Assembly: GCA_951406725.2 (NCBI GenBank)
Contig: OX597818.1
Coordinates: forward strand, 4,774,001-4,838,000
From: Octopus vulgaris
Taxonomy: Eukaryota
Reading direction: 5' to 3'
Length of the DNA: 64,000 nt
This document shows, piece by piece, positions 40,348 to 53,431 of the stretch. Under the pieces are notes generated by a model. The model was not told where the DNA came from. It was given only the letters and a program-made list of their open reading frames with translations, and ran no database searches. How positions within the stretch are numbered: the stretch's first letter is position 1; every line of letters starts with the position of its first letter. The translations under genes were made by a program, and so were the position numbers.

Positions 40348-40772
40348 AACTGTGTAGTGACTTTCTAAATTCAGTGACCAATTTTCTCTTTTTTGCGTTT
40401 GTTCGTGAAAAATCGCTTTGTCTTTGTTTTGTTTTCGTCCGCGTAACGTGGTTTTTCTTTCTGTGTGTACGTGTGAGCGCGTGTAAGCATTATTTATGCT
40501 TTATAATTAAAATGTGTACATGTATGCACAAACAGTTGCATGTATACTTTATAATTAAAATGTGTACGTGTATGCATAAACAGTTGCATGTATACTTATT
40601 TAATTAATTAATTAATTAATCAATTTATGTACTTACTGTCTTTCAAGAACTCTGATGTTCGCTTCTATTTCTTATGCATGTCACATGGAAATATTATGCA
40701 TAAAAGAAAGAAAACCATACTATATATGGCAATAATAGTTCGGACTTTTTAGTTACTTTGCCTTAAAAGAAA

Positions 40773-40844
<72 letters not shown>

Positions 40845-40875
40845 CATTATTATTATTGTTATTATTATTACTATT

Positions 40876-41083
40876 AAGGCAGCGAGCTGGTAGAATCGTT
40901 AGCACGCCAGTCAAAATGGTTTGCGGCGTTCCGTCCGTCTTTACGTTCTGGATTCAAATTCCGCCGCGGTCAACTTCGCTTTTCATCCTCCGGGGGTCAA
41001 TAAATTAAGTACCTGTTGAGTACTGGTGTCTATGTAATCGACTCATCCCTACTTCCCCCATTTTGCAGGCCTTGTGCCAATAA
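40876..41083 (+). mobile_element. SINE S2, split near its 3' end by the Chapaev3-like element (remainder 43721-43732)
   Basis: GGCAGCGAGCTGGTAGAATCG head, GGATTCAAATTCC B-box-like; resumes as TAATAGAAAGG(ATT)n. Confidence 0.75.
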
Positions 41084-41213
41084 CACTGGTCTGCATTTGG
41101 GAATTAAAAAAATTTAATTTTTATTCATGGATATGATGTTACATATTCTTGGGTTGCTGATTATAAATATCTAAACCATTTTGCTCTGTCACATAAGGAT
41201 GTTGAATAAAATA

Positions 41214-41262
<49 letters not shown>

Positions 41263-43284
41263 GTGAATTTGTAATAAATCGTTACTTTATAAAAATGAAG
41301 CAATTAATCAAGGAAAAGCACATTCTGTTAGTTTTAAGAACATATGTTTTCCAAATCAACATGAAATGAACCACGTTCATTATGAAATGAATCAGAATTA
41401 TCAACATCAAACCAAATGAATGTAAAAAATATGCTCCTAGTGGTTAGCCTATATGTTGATTCAAAGGAAGGAGGACCGCTTTGATTTCCGCTTGTGCTGT
41501 GCATCGGGACCTTCACGTTTCAATGACCAGCAGTAATCCACCATCATGCTGACATTCCATTTGCCCTAGTATCGGATTTCCATGGTGCAAATGTCATGAT
41601 GGAACCGCTCTCCTTGTTCCTCACTATAGTCCCCACAATTCTTTGGAAAATAGTCAAGATGCGAGTGCAAAAAAGGAATTTTCTCACTCATTCTAGACCC
41701 AAGTTGTTGGAAACTTGATATCAGGTCTTGGATCATTTTTTCACATTCTGGGAAGCCTCTGTTTTGGGCAATTTTCTAGAAGGAAAACCAGGTATTCACT
41801 TCGACACCTGCTAATGCTTCCTCCAAATGCTTGTCCTTCATCAATTCCCGAATATAAGGGCCAACAAAGATTCCTGCTTTGAGCTTGCCTTCACTTATAC
41901 GAGGAAACTTTGACTCCAGGGACTTGAAAGCAGCTCCATTCTTGTTCAGGGCCTTCGCAAAATTTTTGATAAGACCCACTTATGTGTTGAGTGATGGCAG
42001 CAGAATGTTTTTGGGGTCAACTAGTGGCACAGCTTTCACGTTGTGATTTCCGGGTAAGAAGCTAGTTTTTGGTGGCCAGTCTTTTTGTTCATAGCGCTGG
42101 CTGTTTGCCCTACTATTCCAAAAACACAGAAAACAGGGATACTTAGTGTATCCCCCTTGAAGACCTAGTAGGAGAGCAATACCTTTTAAGTCACTGCAAA
42201 TGAGAAAATTGTGATTACAGTACTTGATTACAGTCATATTTTCGTAAGTTTCTGGCATTTGGACACTATGGCCAACCGGCACGGATGCAGCTGTGTTCTG
42301 TTAGAAGAATCAATGAAGAGCCTCCATTCATCTGCTTTGTACGACATCCCCATGTGTTCAATAAGGCCAGAAATATTTGAACAGAAAACCAAAGAATCCT
42401 CTTTCTCAAAGAACTGAATGAATTCCGCTTCACAATGACGGTAGCAAGCGAATGTTGTTCCAGGAGCTAAAAGCTTTTGTTCCTGCAGTCTAGAGCCAAG
42501 TAAATGTGCACTTTCTTTTGGAAGGTTAAGGTCTCTAACCAAGTCATTGAACTCAACTTGGTTGAAGAATTTGGGATCGCCATTTGTTGGGTCATAGTCT
42601 ACTTCCATCTCACTAGTATCACTAGTATCAGACTCTTATGAAATTTCCCATGGCTCAGGTGGCACAAGTACAGGAATATCATCTGAGTGTGGAACAGGAT
42701 TTATTGCTGAAGGAATATTTGGGTATATCATGCGATCTTTAGTCTTGTTGAATCCAGTTACTTTAGTCATACAAAAGTAGCAGTCATCATAGTGGCTCAT
42801 CTGCTCCCGCCATACCATCATTACTCCAAAGGGCATACATTTAAGTTTTCCAACTGACCACATTTGAAGCTTACTGATGTAACTCTTGCAAGCTTTGTGA
42901 GGTGAAAATGACTTGCCCTGGTTTACCAAAATAAGCTAAATAGAAGCGCTTCAACAAAGGAGTAATATTGTTCCGGGAATCTGAAGGGGTGAATTGCCCT
43001 GAGACATAGCAGAATATATCTGGTGAATTTATGCAGCCTCTAAGCATATTCACAGACTGAAAATAAAGAAAAAATGTATTAGATTTAACATTTAAGTCAA
43101 TATAAGGTAAGCATTTTAATTTATCGTGGTAAGTAGCTTGCTTACAAACCACATGGTTCCGGATTCATTCCCACTGCGTGGCACCTTGGGCAAGTGTCTT
43201 CTACTATAGCCTTGGGCCGACCAAAGCCTTGTGAGGGGATTTGGTAGGCGGAAACTAAAAGAAGCCCGTTGTATATATGTATAA

Positions 43285-43350
<66 letters not shown>

Positions 43351-43720
43351 GTACGTGTGTATATGTTTGTGTGTCTGTGTTTGTTCCCCCAACATCGTTT
43401 GATAACCGATGCTGGTGTGTTTGCAACCCCGTAACTTAGTGGTTCGGCAAAATTGACCGATTGAATAAGTACTAGGCTTACAAAGAATAAGTCCTGGGGT
43501 CCATTTGCTCGACTAAAGGCGGTGCTCCAGCATGACCGCAGTCAGATGACTGAAACAAGTAAAAGAATAATATGTTATACAAAAAGAGACAAGTAACGTC
43601 TCCGTATAACTGGACAACCTGATGTGATAGAGATGAATAAAAAACATAATGATTCATTATTTTTCATATATATTCAGAAAAAGATACCATATAGCCAATA
43701 AAAAATCATGCAGACCAGTC
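41084..43720 (-). mobile_element. Chapaev3-like (CMC superfamily) DNA transposon, full length, degenerate
   Basis: TIR CACTGGTCTGCAT / ATGCAGACCAGTC with TAA duplication. Transposase motifs C.NSPDIFCYVSG, VWREQ..HYDDCYFC, NDLVRDLNLPKE, EWRLFIDSS, LLGLQGGYTKYPCFLC, KLKAGIFVGP. Confidence 0.85.
43125..43570 (+). mobile_element. SINE S1 inserted in the Chapaev3-like element
   Basis: Aligns with the other S1 copies; slightly 5'-truncated. Confidence 0.88.
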
Positions 43721-43747
43721 TAATAGAAAGGATTATTATTATTGTTG

Positions 43748-43842
<95 letters not shown>

Positions 43843-43845
<3 letters not shown>

Positions 43846-44051
43846 TAGTTTTATTTTTATAGCGTGTTTTCACTTCACTACCGAGCGCAGCTCTGTATGC
43901 CTTGGGTATGTGCTGTGATTTGTTGTGATGTTCTGATGGTTATTGTATGGAAAGTGTTCTGCGTAGGATGTGTGCAGTGCCTAGTAGTGCAATTTTCTGT
44001 ATGTTATATGTGTTTGTAAGTCCTGGTGTTTTTGTTATGTATTTGTCTGAA

Positions 44052-44052
<1 letters not shown>
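43843..44052 (-). mobile_element. Dong-like family C, short 3' fragment
   Basis: Near-identical to 35851-36060. (ATT)n flanks. Confidence 0.88.
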
Positions 44053-44130
<78 letters not shown>

Positions 44131-44132
<2 letters not shown>

Positions 44133-44807
44133 TTTTTTTTACTTCTTTCAAATTTGCTTCCATTTCTTGCCGAGTGTCTTCCCGACTCCTAGGGCAAAGA
44201 AACTCATAGTATACAGTGGTAGGCCATTAAACTAAACTCAATAGTTCGTTCATTTTTTTTTAAAACTTAAATTAAAATACATGGGTAGTAATAATTCTCA
44301 CATCGACAATGCTCTTCTCAATACGTGTGATGTACCAATTAAGACAATCTTTTGCACTTCTTGCAGGGATGGTAAGCCAGGGATCATTCTCATATAATTT
44401 TCGGTTCCCTTCTTGATTATTCCTAGTGCTCCTACGATCACTGGTATTGTAACCGCCTTGGGATGCCACATTTTCTCAATTTCAATGAGCAGGTCTTTAT
44501 ATTTTCTGAGCTTGTCAAACTCTTTCGCTGAGATATTATGATCACAGGGGATGCTCATGTCGATCAATAAGCAAACTTTATTGTTTTGGTCTTTCACAAC
44601 AATATCTGGTTTATTGGCCTTGATGGTTCGGTCTGTATGTACTGGAAAGTCCCACAGAATGGTTACATTTTCTCCTTCCGTTACAGCCTCAGGGTGGTGA
44701 TTATACCACTTGTCGGCAGTTTTGATATTGTAATGCCGACTTATTAGCCAGTGTAGATATTGATCAACTCTATCATGTCTTAATTTATACTCCACTGGTG
44801 CTAAGAC

Positions 44808-44808
<1 letters not shown>
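44131..44808 (-). mobile_element. Dong-like family B, 5'-truncated
   Basis: Open RLE domain ORF 44298-44795. (ATT)n flanks. Confidence 0.92.
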
Positions 44809-44899
<91 letters not shown>

Positions 44900-44900
<1 letters not shown>

Positions 44901-46707
44901 TATGTTTGACTTTTGCTTTACATTTCCACAAGCTGGCTCCAAGTCTCACCCAGAGATCTCAAGAGACAACAAGTTGGAAGTTCATGTTGGTGTTATGCCT
45001 AGGGTGCCATATATTTGGTTTTGTACTTAGTGTTGTACTAGTGAATGCCTAAAAAAAACCATACGAAAATTATGTTTGTTTTAAAACTTGAGATTTCAAA
45101 GAAAGTATTTTGCGTAGGATATGAGCAGTTCCCATGAGCACTATCTTTTGAATTTCTGCAATTTTGGGGTTTCCTGGTATCTGAGTTAGGTAGCAATCAG
45201 CCCCTTTTGCTATCATTCCCAGGGCACCGATGACAACAGGTATTGCTTTAGTCTTCAGGTTCCACATTTTGCTGATTTCTATTTCCAGATCTTTATATTT
45301 GCTCAGTTTTTGGTAGGTCTTGACAGATACGTTTATATCGATTGGGACAGTCATATCAATGAGGAGGCATGCTTTTTGTCTGAAGTCTTTTACTATGATG
45401 TCTGGCCTGTTCACATCTATCTTTCTGTCAGTTTGAACGGTGAAGTTCTAGAGGAGTGAGATGTGGTCATTTTCAAGCACTGGATGTGGTTTGTGTTCCC
45501 ACCAGTTTTTATCATGGGGCAAGTCCAGGCTTCCGCAAATTACCCAGTGAATATATTGTGCAGCTCTATCATGCCTGTTGAGATACTCTGTAGGCGCAAG
45601 AAGATTGCACTTGGAGACAACATGATCAATGGTTTCATTTTGTTGTTGATATACACGACATGTTGGGCTACTGCCGTTCTTTAGTATGTTTGTCTGGTAG
45701 TTCCTTGTAGGTAGGAATTGATCTTGAGCTGCTATGATAAACCCTTCTGTTTCAGATTTTAAGCCAGAGGCCATTAGCCATTGATAGGTCAGGGCTTTGT
45801 CAACATCTGCATTATTCGCTCTCTTTGGGTATTTGCCATTGAGAGGTTTTTCTTGCCATTTATCATTCAGAATATCTAAGGCAGCAGTTTTAGCACGGGT
45901 TTTCATGCGCTTAGCTTTTTCTGTGCTTGTTTCTTGTGTGTCTAATTCCAGAATTTGTTGTATTCGGAATTCACTTAGATATTCCTTTGCCTGTTTTGTT
46001 TCTGAGTATGATGCTTTCTTGTTTACATGTTTTGAGACAAGTTTTAACATCCAGTCCTCAGAGTTTTTCAGGTAGGTGTCTAGGCCAATTGTAGCAACCT
46101 TCATTGTTATTGCCAGTTGTAAAAGCCCACGGCCTTCCTCTTTTCTTGGTAGATAAAGTCGATCTATATCTGGCTTAGGTTGGTGCATTCTATGCATTGT
46201 CAACAGTTTTCGTATTTTTCTGTCAAGATTACATATTTCAGTAATTGAACAGTTAACGATATTGAAACTGTAAGTCACAACTGGTATGACTAAAGCATTG
46301 ATCGCTTCGATCCTGTTTCTTGCACTCAGCTCTGTCTTGAGTATTGCTCTTACTCTGCGATAACATTCTCTCCTGATCCTTTCCTTCATCATTGAATGCC
46401 TTATTCCATCCCCTTCAATTACCTCTAGGTACTTGTAGCTCTCCACTGGGTCTAACTCTTTTATGACATTCTGCTGGTCGAGGTAAACGGTAGATGTTTC
46501 TGTTATTTTTCCTTTGATAAAAGTAGCTTTTGCACATTTATCGAGGCCAAATTGCATTCTGATGTCATCGCTGAATTGTTTAACAATCGTTAGTAAGCCC
46601 TTGAGTTGTTGGTCATTTTTTGCAAAGAGCTTTAAATCATCCATGTAAAGGAGATGATTTATATTTTTATCCAACATTTTATATCCGTACTGTGCGTCAT
46701 TGAGCAA

Positions 46708-46708
<1 letters not shown>
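44900..46708 (-). mobile_element. Dong-like family D, 5'-truncated within RT
   Basis: LLYMDDLKLF, GLDKC, RHDRAA, RPDIIVKD..LIDMTVP. One premature stop at 45448. (ATT)n flanks. Confidence 0.92.
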
Positions 46709-46748
<40 letters not shown>

Positions 46749-46754
46749 TATTAT

Positions 46755-49700
46755 TGCCGTCAGCCTGTGAAGAATTTAAGTATTTTGCTTGGATTGTCTG
46801 GATCGAGGTGGTGACATTTTGTGTAATTGTATCCGTTTTTGGGATGTAATAATTGAGTGACATTATGAAACCACGTGTTATATGGCTTAGTAAGGAGGAG
46901 AAAAAATCCTCCGAAAGACGGACACTTGTCCGAAAAGCGAGCATTTATATGTGTTTCTCGCAAGGAGAGGAAACCTAAATTTCCCACTCCGGCAGAGACT
47001 GAAAAATGCCTCGAAGATGTGTGGCCCTCAGTATTAAACATACAAAATGTATACACAAACAATATGGAATGGTAGCTGCTATATGCATCAGTGAGCAAGA
47101 AGCCAGCAGAATGGCTACTATAACTTGCACATATCAGGATTTTGTAATGATTCCCCATTATATGGTGAAAGTTTGACTCGAATTCGAGTCAAGAACGTGC
47201 CGGGTCACCGTGATCCGGCAAAGGTTTTAGTCATTCTGGAAGAGCATGGTGAGATTGTGGAGGTGAAGTCCATCCCACAACTCAACTAGACTAGAATTCT
47301 TATGGAATTCCAGATGCTAGTTTCTCCAGTGGAAATAAATCGCATTCCTGATTTTTTCTGTTTCGAGGAATGTGAACAGATGCCAGTTTCTATAGGAGGA
47401 GAAAAAAAGAAGTGTTTTGTGTGTGCGACTTCGAACTACCTCAAAGACTTCTGCCCCGCGGTGAAGAAAACTCGAAGCCCTCCACCGTTACTACCAAGTC
47501 CTCCGACTCAGGCCTCGCAAAAGCAAAGTCCTCATAGACATCGCACCAAAAGGCCTTTGTTGGAGATAAGAGAAAAACTGTTTATGAAACAGAGACTTGC
47601 CTAAATTGAAGGTCCTAAGACATGCCGGTAAAAAAATTCTTATTAAAAATAAATCAACACCAACATCAACATCTTCATCACGAGACAATAAATTTTTACA
47701 TACAGATTCACAACTAAAAAAAAGAGAAAACCAAAAACAAAATGACCAGCAGTCACATTCTCTGTTACATACTTCCTTCACCAACTTCACTGTTGTTCAG
47801 AAGAGCAACATTGAATTGATTGAGTAAGTTATTAATAACAAAAACATTACAAGTGGAGAAGGTTTGCGGAACTCCTCCCAAGAACTCCACCGGACAGGAT
47901 GTTAATCCGAACACACACGGACACATATCTTGATTTGGAACGGAAGTTCCCCCAGGATATTGGAGAGATTAGTTAGTACTCCCCAGCAAAAAGACTTCCT
48001 AGAACTGCCCCCTCGACCAAAAAGAAGACAGTGTCAACAGTTAACCCTGAAGACCAAGGTACATAATTCCATTTTCTTTCCTCTAAGTTAAATGGTTATA
48101 CTTAGAATAGGCTGTGCAAATGTTCAGGGCCTGGGTTCGACTTGGAACAGTGTGGCAGTGTTATTCCGGAAATCCTTAGATCTCAAAGTAAGCGCAATCT
48201 TCTTAGAGTCAGACGGTAAGTTGCTGGTCCTGGATGTGAATGACAGTGAAGGTTGTACCTTTAGATTGGTGGCCGTGTATGCTCCGACAAGGGCTGAGAG
48301 GCCAGATTTCTGCAGGCGTCTAGAAATATTCCTGGGAACGTCTTGTACTTTAGTACAACTGGGGGACTGAAATAGTATTTTGGACGCGCGGAAGGACTGT
48401 GTGAGTTTAGTATAAAAGCCACGAAAGCCTGCTTAGAAACTTCCAGCTTTCTGACAGATATCGATTGGATTTCCCTGATGTGTCAGTGTTGACATGGAGC
48501 AATCACAATAGATCATCCAGATCGTATCTAGATAGAATATTTGTTAGGTCAGCAGAAAAAGATAGTTTAGGGTATCCAAAATTCAAATTGGTCGGCTACA
48601 TAAACCACAAATTTGTGATCTGCAAAGTCGATTTAGATAGGACTCGTTGGCAGGGACAGGTTACTAGAAGTTGAAGGCTTTCTTTCCAGCGAGCAAAAAC
48701 TACACGGACTGGATTAGCGAACTAGTTGACTGGGGCAATCGTTAACAACCGGTGGTGGATCGCTCTGAAGAAGGCGATTAGAGCAGAATCAATAGCATTT
48801 AGCGAAGACTTAGCAAGAGAAAGAAGCAGATTAGAGTGAGAACTACTTAGCAAACTAGTAAAAGCATCGGATCTAACGTGTTATCGCCGGGAATGGCTCT
48901 TGACCATTTCTTTGAGGCGAATCACGAAGGTTGCGTTGTCAGAGCTAAGGCCCATGCGCTTAAACATAAGAAGACTAAATCCGTCCGATGTACTCGAACG
49001 GTGAAGACTCGACGTGGCAACAAAACCACAATCGCGTCTTTGACAGATAGGAATGGGCGCGTGCTATATGGTTCTAAGCAGATGTGTGCGGCTTTTCAGC
49101 AGCACTTCGCACAACTGTTTGGAAGGGGTGATTTGTCAACAACGGTAACAGATTTTAGTTCGTACCTAGATGGCCTGCCGCGGCTCTCGGCAGCGGACGC
49201 GAAGCCCTGCGAAAAGCGATGACGGCCACTGATATACGAGAGGCGATGAGCGATTGCACAAGGATCAAATCACCAGGTTTAGATGGTCCGCTCTATGAAT
49301 TCTATATATTTTTGCCAGATTTGTTTGGCGACTTCTTGGCAGACGTTTATCGCAACTGGCAATAGAACGGGAGAATCCCTAATACTGTTAGTTGGGGTGT
49401 GGTGACACTGTTGAAGAAGGACACAGACAGTGGGGACATAATAGGTAATTTTCGGCCCATAACTCTGCTACCTGGATGCTTTTTTTAAAGCGGCCGATTT
49501 CGGATGCGTTTTCAGAGGCTGGATCGCTGCAATGCACAGCGGCACCTGCTCGGTAGTCAAAGTAAAAGGCCATCTATCGGAACCGTTTAGTATCACACGG
49601 TCGGTCCATCAGGGCTTCCCGCTGTCACCTCTTCTGTATGTGCTGGGTCTCGGACCACTGCAGTGGAAGCTGGAACAATTGAGAAGCATCCCTTTCGAAC

Positions 49701-50300
49701 TGCGACTTAGAAGAGCAGTATCTGCATACATGGACGACATCACTGTCATGGTGCCGGACACCTCCGAAGTGGAGAGGGTCGGCTCCATTCTAGAAGAATA
49801 TGAGTCGGTTGCAGGGCCTAAAATTAATACCGAGGAGTCGGTGGGCTTGCACCTGGGCACCTGGAGAGGCAGGTCTATGCCATTAGACGGTGTCGTCGGG
49901 CACTGGAATGACGGATCAGTTAAACTGTTTGGGGTCTGGTGTGGGATGAGGTGATGAACAAGCTGGCCAGTATTACCCAGAAATAGGCTAAGAGGAAGCT
50001 ATCCTTGAAAGGTCAAGCAGAGGTGGCGAATGCCTACATCGCCTCCGTTATCATTTATCGTCTGACCGTCGTACCTTGTCCAATCATTGTTTGATCAAGT
50101 TGGAATGTCTCCTTTTAGAAGGGACGCGTTCTAATGGTCAGGCGGTCAATGTGCTGCCATTTTCCTCTGAGTTGCAGTTTAGGCATGCGTCACTTCTGAT
50201 GCGCAGGCATACTTTCAGGTTGCGCTACCGGCATCGATTTCTACAAGGTGAACGTGTGTGCACGGATTTTCGCATCTCATCACCTTCACGGAGCTGCTGT
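46755..50300 (+). mobile_element. Tx1/L1-like LINE, degenerate, 3'-truncated
   Basis: ORF1 knuckle CFVCATSNYLKDFCP. ORF2 LRIGCANVQGL, VAVYAP, SYLDRIFV, KSPGLDG, FRPITLL, QGFPLSPLLY, AYMDDITV, RKLSLKG. Confidence 0.88.
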
Positions 50301-50304
50301 TCAG

Positions 50305-51750
50305 TTTGAACATACATATCGTTGTTATGTACATTGTTTGGCGTATGTTTATATCTCTCGTGTTAGTTTTTATGTTTTAGTGTTGGCACATTGTCCAGTG
50401 GATATGTTTGTATATATATTCAGATTTGGCAAGGACTTGGCAGCTAGAGGTGATATGGTCAAATGTCTCATTGTGCTGGTTGCACATTCTGCATTTGGTG
50501 TTTGGGCCTGCTTTCATTATTTTGATTTTATAGCAGTTTGTGGTCAGGTATTGGTCTTATGCAGCGAGAATCAGTTCTTCCGTTTCTGCTTTTAGTCCAG
50601 AACTTTTTGAGCCATTGTTCGCTTTTAATTAGGCTCACTTCTCTGTCAAGCCTTGCAGGGTATTGACCTTGGAATAATTTTTCTTTCCATTTCTTCTTTA
50701 GTATGTTCTGTATTTCTGTTTTTATGATATTTTGTCTTTTTTTTTCTGATATGTTGTCATCTGAGCTCATTGTATCAGCGTAGTCTGTTTCTGTTTCTGT
50801 CGCCTCCTTGCGTATAGAGAAAAGAGTTTTCGTTTTTACGTGTTGCTTTATTACATCAAGTAGTTTTCTACTTTTGTTTCTTAATAATTTTCTAGTCCAC
50901 CTGTTGTTATTTTATAGTAGTTCTCCATCTGTATCAGGCCGCGACCTCCTTCTGAGCGGGGTATATATATTCTGTTTGCGCCTGCTTTGAAGCAGTGATT
51001 TCGGTCTGCTGTTAATAAATTTCTGGTTTTTGTATCTTAGTTTCTCAATTCACTGATCTTCTAGTTTATTATGTTGAGGCTGTAATATATGTCTTGAATG
51101 GCTAGCGTGTTTATCCCTATTATCGTATTTTTAGGATTGAGTTCAGTGTCTAACTCTTTTGTCATATTCTCTCCTAATTTTCTCTTTCGTTTCTGTGTGT
51201 TGTATTTTAGCAGTTTCGTCTGTTCCCTAGATATTTGTATGGGCGTTTGTGGTCTAATTCTCTGATTTCTGTGTCTATGTCGAGTGCAGTGTTTACAGTG
51301 CTGATTAATTTGTCTCTTCTCAATGTCATTTTGGTACATTTGCCCAGTCCCATGTTTATCCCAATGTCCTTGCTAAAACTATGGACAATTTTTAGAAGGT
51401 TTTTCTCTTCTGTGGTACTATTAGTGAAAACTTTTATGTCATCTATGTATAGGAGATGATTTGTAGTTTGTCAAGTGCATCATTCAACAAGCTTGTTACG
51501 GGGGTCGGAGAAACACAAAAAAAGTGAGGATAAAAAATTCCTCTTATGGGTATGGAGCAGGTTTTATTGACATGCGATTCATTTTTCAGTGTTATACTGG
51601 TTTTCCAGTTTGCCATTACATAGTTGACATGTTTTAATAGTGTGGAGAGATTTCAGCATCCATGAATGTGGAACAATGTCGAATGATTTGTGGTAATTAA
51701 TCCAAGTTGTATTGAGATTTGTCTTCTTTTTACAGTCCTCTATAATGTCT
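50305..51750 (-). mobile_element. Old degenerate R4/Dong-like LINE (family F)
   Basis: WINYHKSFDIVPHSW, HLLYIDDIKVF, INMGLGKC, TELNPKN..IGINTLA, WKEKLFQGQYP, CRMC..MRHLTI remnants. Confidence 0.75.
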
Positions 51751-51774
51751 AGATTTTACAGTTCTCTGTAATGT

Positions 51775-51922
51775 CTAATAGTTTCTTATGCTGAGAACAT
51801 GCCAAATAATGAATTATAACATTTGTAATATCTCAGCACAGTCATCAGACACAAACTGTATTGAGATGTTACACATATCATAATTCATTATTTGGCGTGT
51901 TCTCAGTACAAGTAACTATTAG
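51775..51922. repeat. 148-bp imperfect palindrome (MITE-like)
   Basis: ~68-bp arms (CTGAGAACAyGCCAAATAATGAATTAT and its reverse complement) around a 12-nt loop. Confidence 0.75.
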
Positions 51923-52019
51923 TAGCACACAAATGACATATATTGAGTCTATTAAATAATATTTCTCTCTTAACAGATGGAGTACTTTTTGTACCATCAT
52001 GTAAATCAGTTATCATTTA

Positions 52020-52210
52020 TTTCTCAATTGTTTCAGTCATTAGGCTGCAGTCAAGCTGATGTACCGCTTTCGAGAATTTTAGTCGAACGAATCGACTCCA
52101 GTACTTATTGATTTTAAGTCTAATTTCATCGCTCTCTTTTGCTGAAAAGCTAAGTTATGGGTATGTAAACACTCCAACACCGGTTGTCAAGCGGTGGTGG
52201 GGAACAAACG
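52020..52210 (-). mobile_element. SINE S1 3' half, degenerate
   Basis: TTGTTTCAGTCATT..GTAAACACTCCAACACCGGTTGTCAAGCGGTGG. Confidence 0.7.
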
Positions 52211-52781
52211 CATATATAAAGCTCGCATCACACGCAGCGCGCGCGCGCGCACACACACACACACACAATGATATTCCTGCTGTGTATGCAGACAACGTAA
52301 CCCCTTTCGTGTAGAGAAAAGCCAGTTATATGGTTCCCGTACATTCAAAGTCTAGTAGATTGTCTGACATTAATTGATTTATCACCATTAACTTGAAAAC
52401 AGTTGACAATTCCCAATGGATTTGATTCTAAATGGTTGAAGATTGCATTCTACATAAAGTCTTCTAAATATAAGTTACTAGGTCACCCCTCTTTTTATCC
52501 TCATCCCATACAATTTCCTCTGCTGCTCTCTAAAGTATTTAATCACCCTAAAATAAATTACATTATCTTTTAGACTCATTCTGCCACAGATATGACAAAA
52601 GAAACGATGGAAATATTTTGAGTTCCATTATTGATATGATTATGTTAAGAACATGGTTCTAACCTTTATGTTTGAAGTTTATGCGGTGATCTGCAGAGAA
52701 TGTTTTCTTTCAAATGATATAATGTTTTCATTAATCAATTAAAGGAGTCACACGGCCGTAATGAATTGACACCTGTACATA

Positions 52782-52990
52782 CTCTTTTACTCTTTACTAT
52801 TTTACTTGTTTCAGTCATTTGACTGTGGCCATGCTGGAGCACCGCCTTTAGTCGAGTAAATCGACCCCGGGACTTATTCTTTGTAAGCCCAGTACTTATT
52901 CTATCGGTCTCTTTTTGCCGAACCGCTAAGTGACGGGGACGTAAACACCCCAGCATCGGTTGTCAAGCAATGCTAGGGGGACAAACACAG

Positions 52991-53069
<79 letters not shown>

Positions 53070-53235
53070 TACGACAGGCTTCTTTCAGTTTCCGTCTACC
53101 AAATCCACTCACAAGGCATTGGTCGGCCCGGAGCTATAGCAGAAGACACTTGCCCAAGATGTCACGCAGTGGGACTGAACCCGGAACCATGTGGTTGGTT
53201 AGCAAGCTACTTACCACACAGCCATTCCTGCGCCT
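52782..53235 (-). mobile_element. tRNA-derived SINE S1, full length
   Basis: Reverse complement of the 9410-9817 and 25673-26083 copies. Confidence 0.92.
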
Positions 53236-53431
53236 AACATCTTTGTTACTCATTTATATATATATATACAAAATGGGACAAGAACTCAAAACGTCCGGAC
53301 AACTAGGTGACACAAAATGGGACAACAAAAAATCCAGATAGACGATACAAAAAACACGGACGGGTCATACGAAGCCTTTAATCTTCAGTGAAGAACCGGA
53401 TCATCCTCGCAATTTCGGCTGATTAATCTTG

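Larger units (their letters stand above)
36306..40774 (-). mobile_element. Full-length R4/Dong-like RLE non-LTR retrotransposon (family A)
   Basis: Single ORF with Myb-like, RT, CCHC and RLE domains. (ATT)n on both sides. 5' boundary inferred from the microsatellite. Confidence 0.93.

Noticed and set aside
40700-40774. HDV-like ribozyme at the 5' end of the full-length element
   Set aside because: Only a weak GGCAA/TTGCC stem; no convincing P2, P1.1 or catalytic junction.
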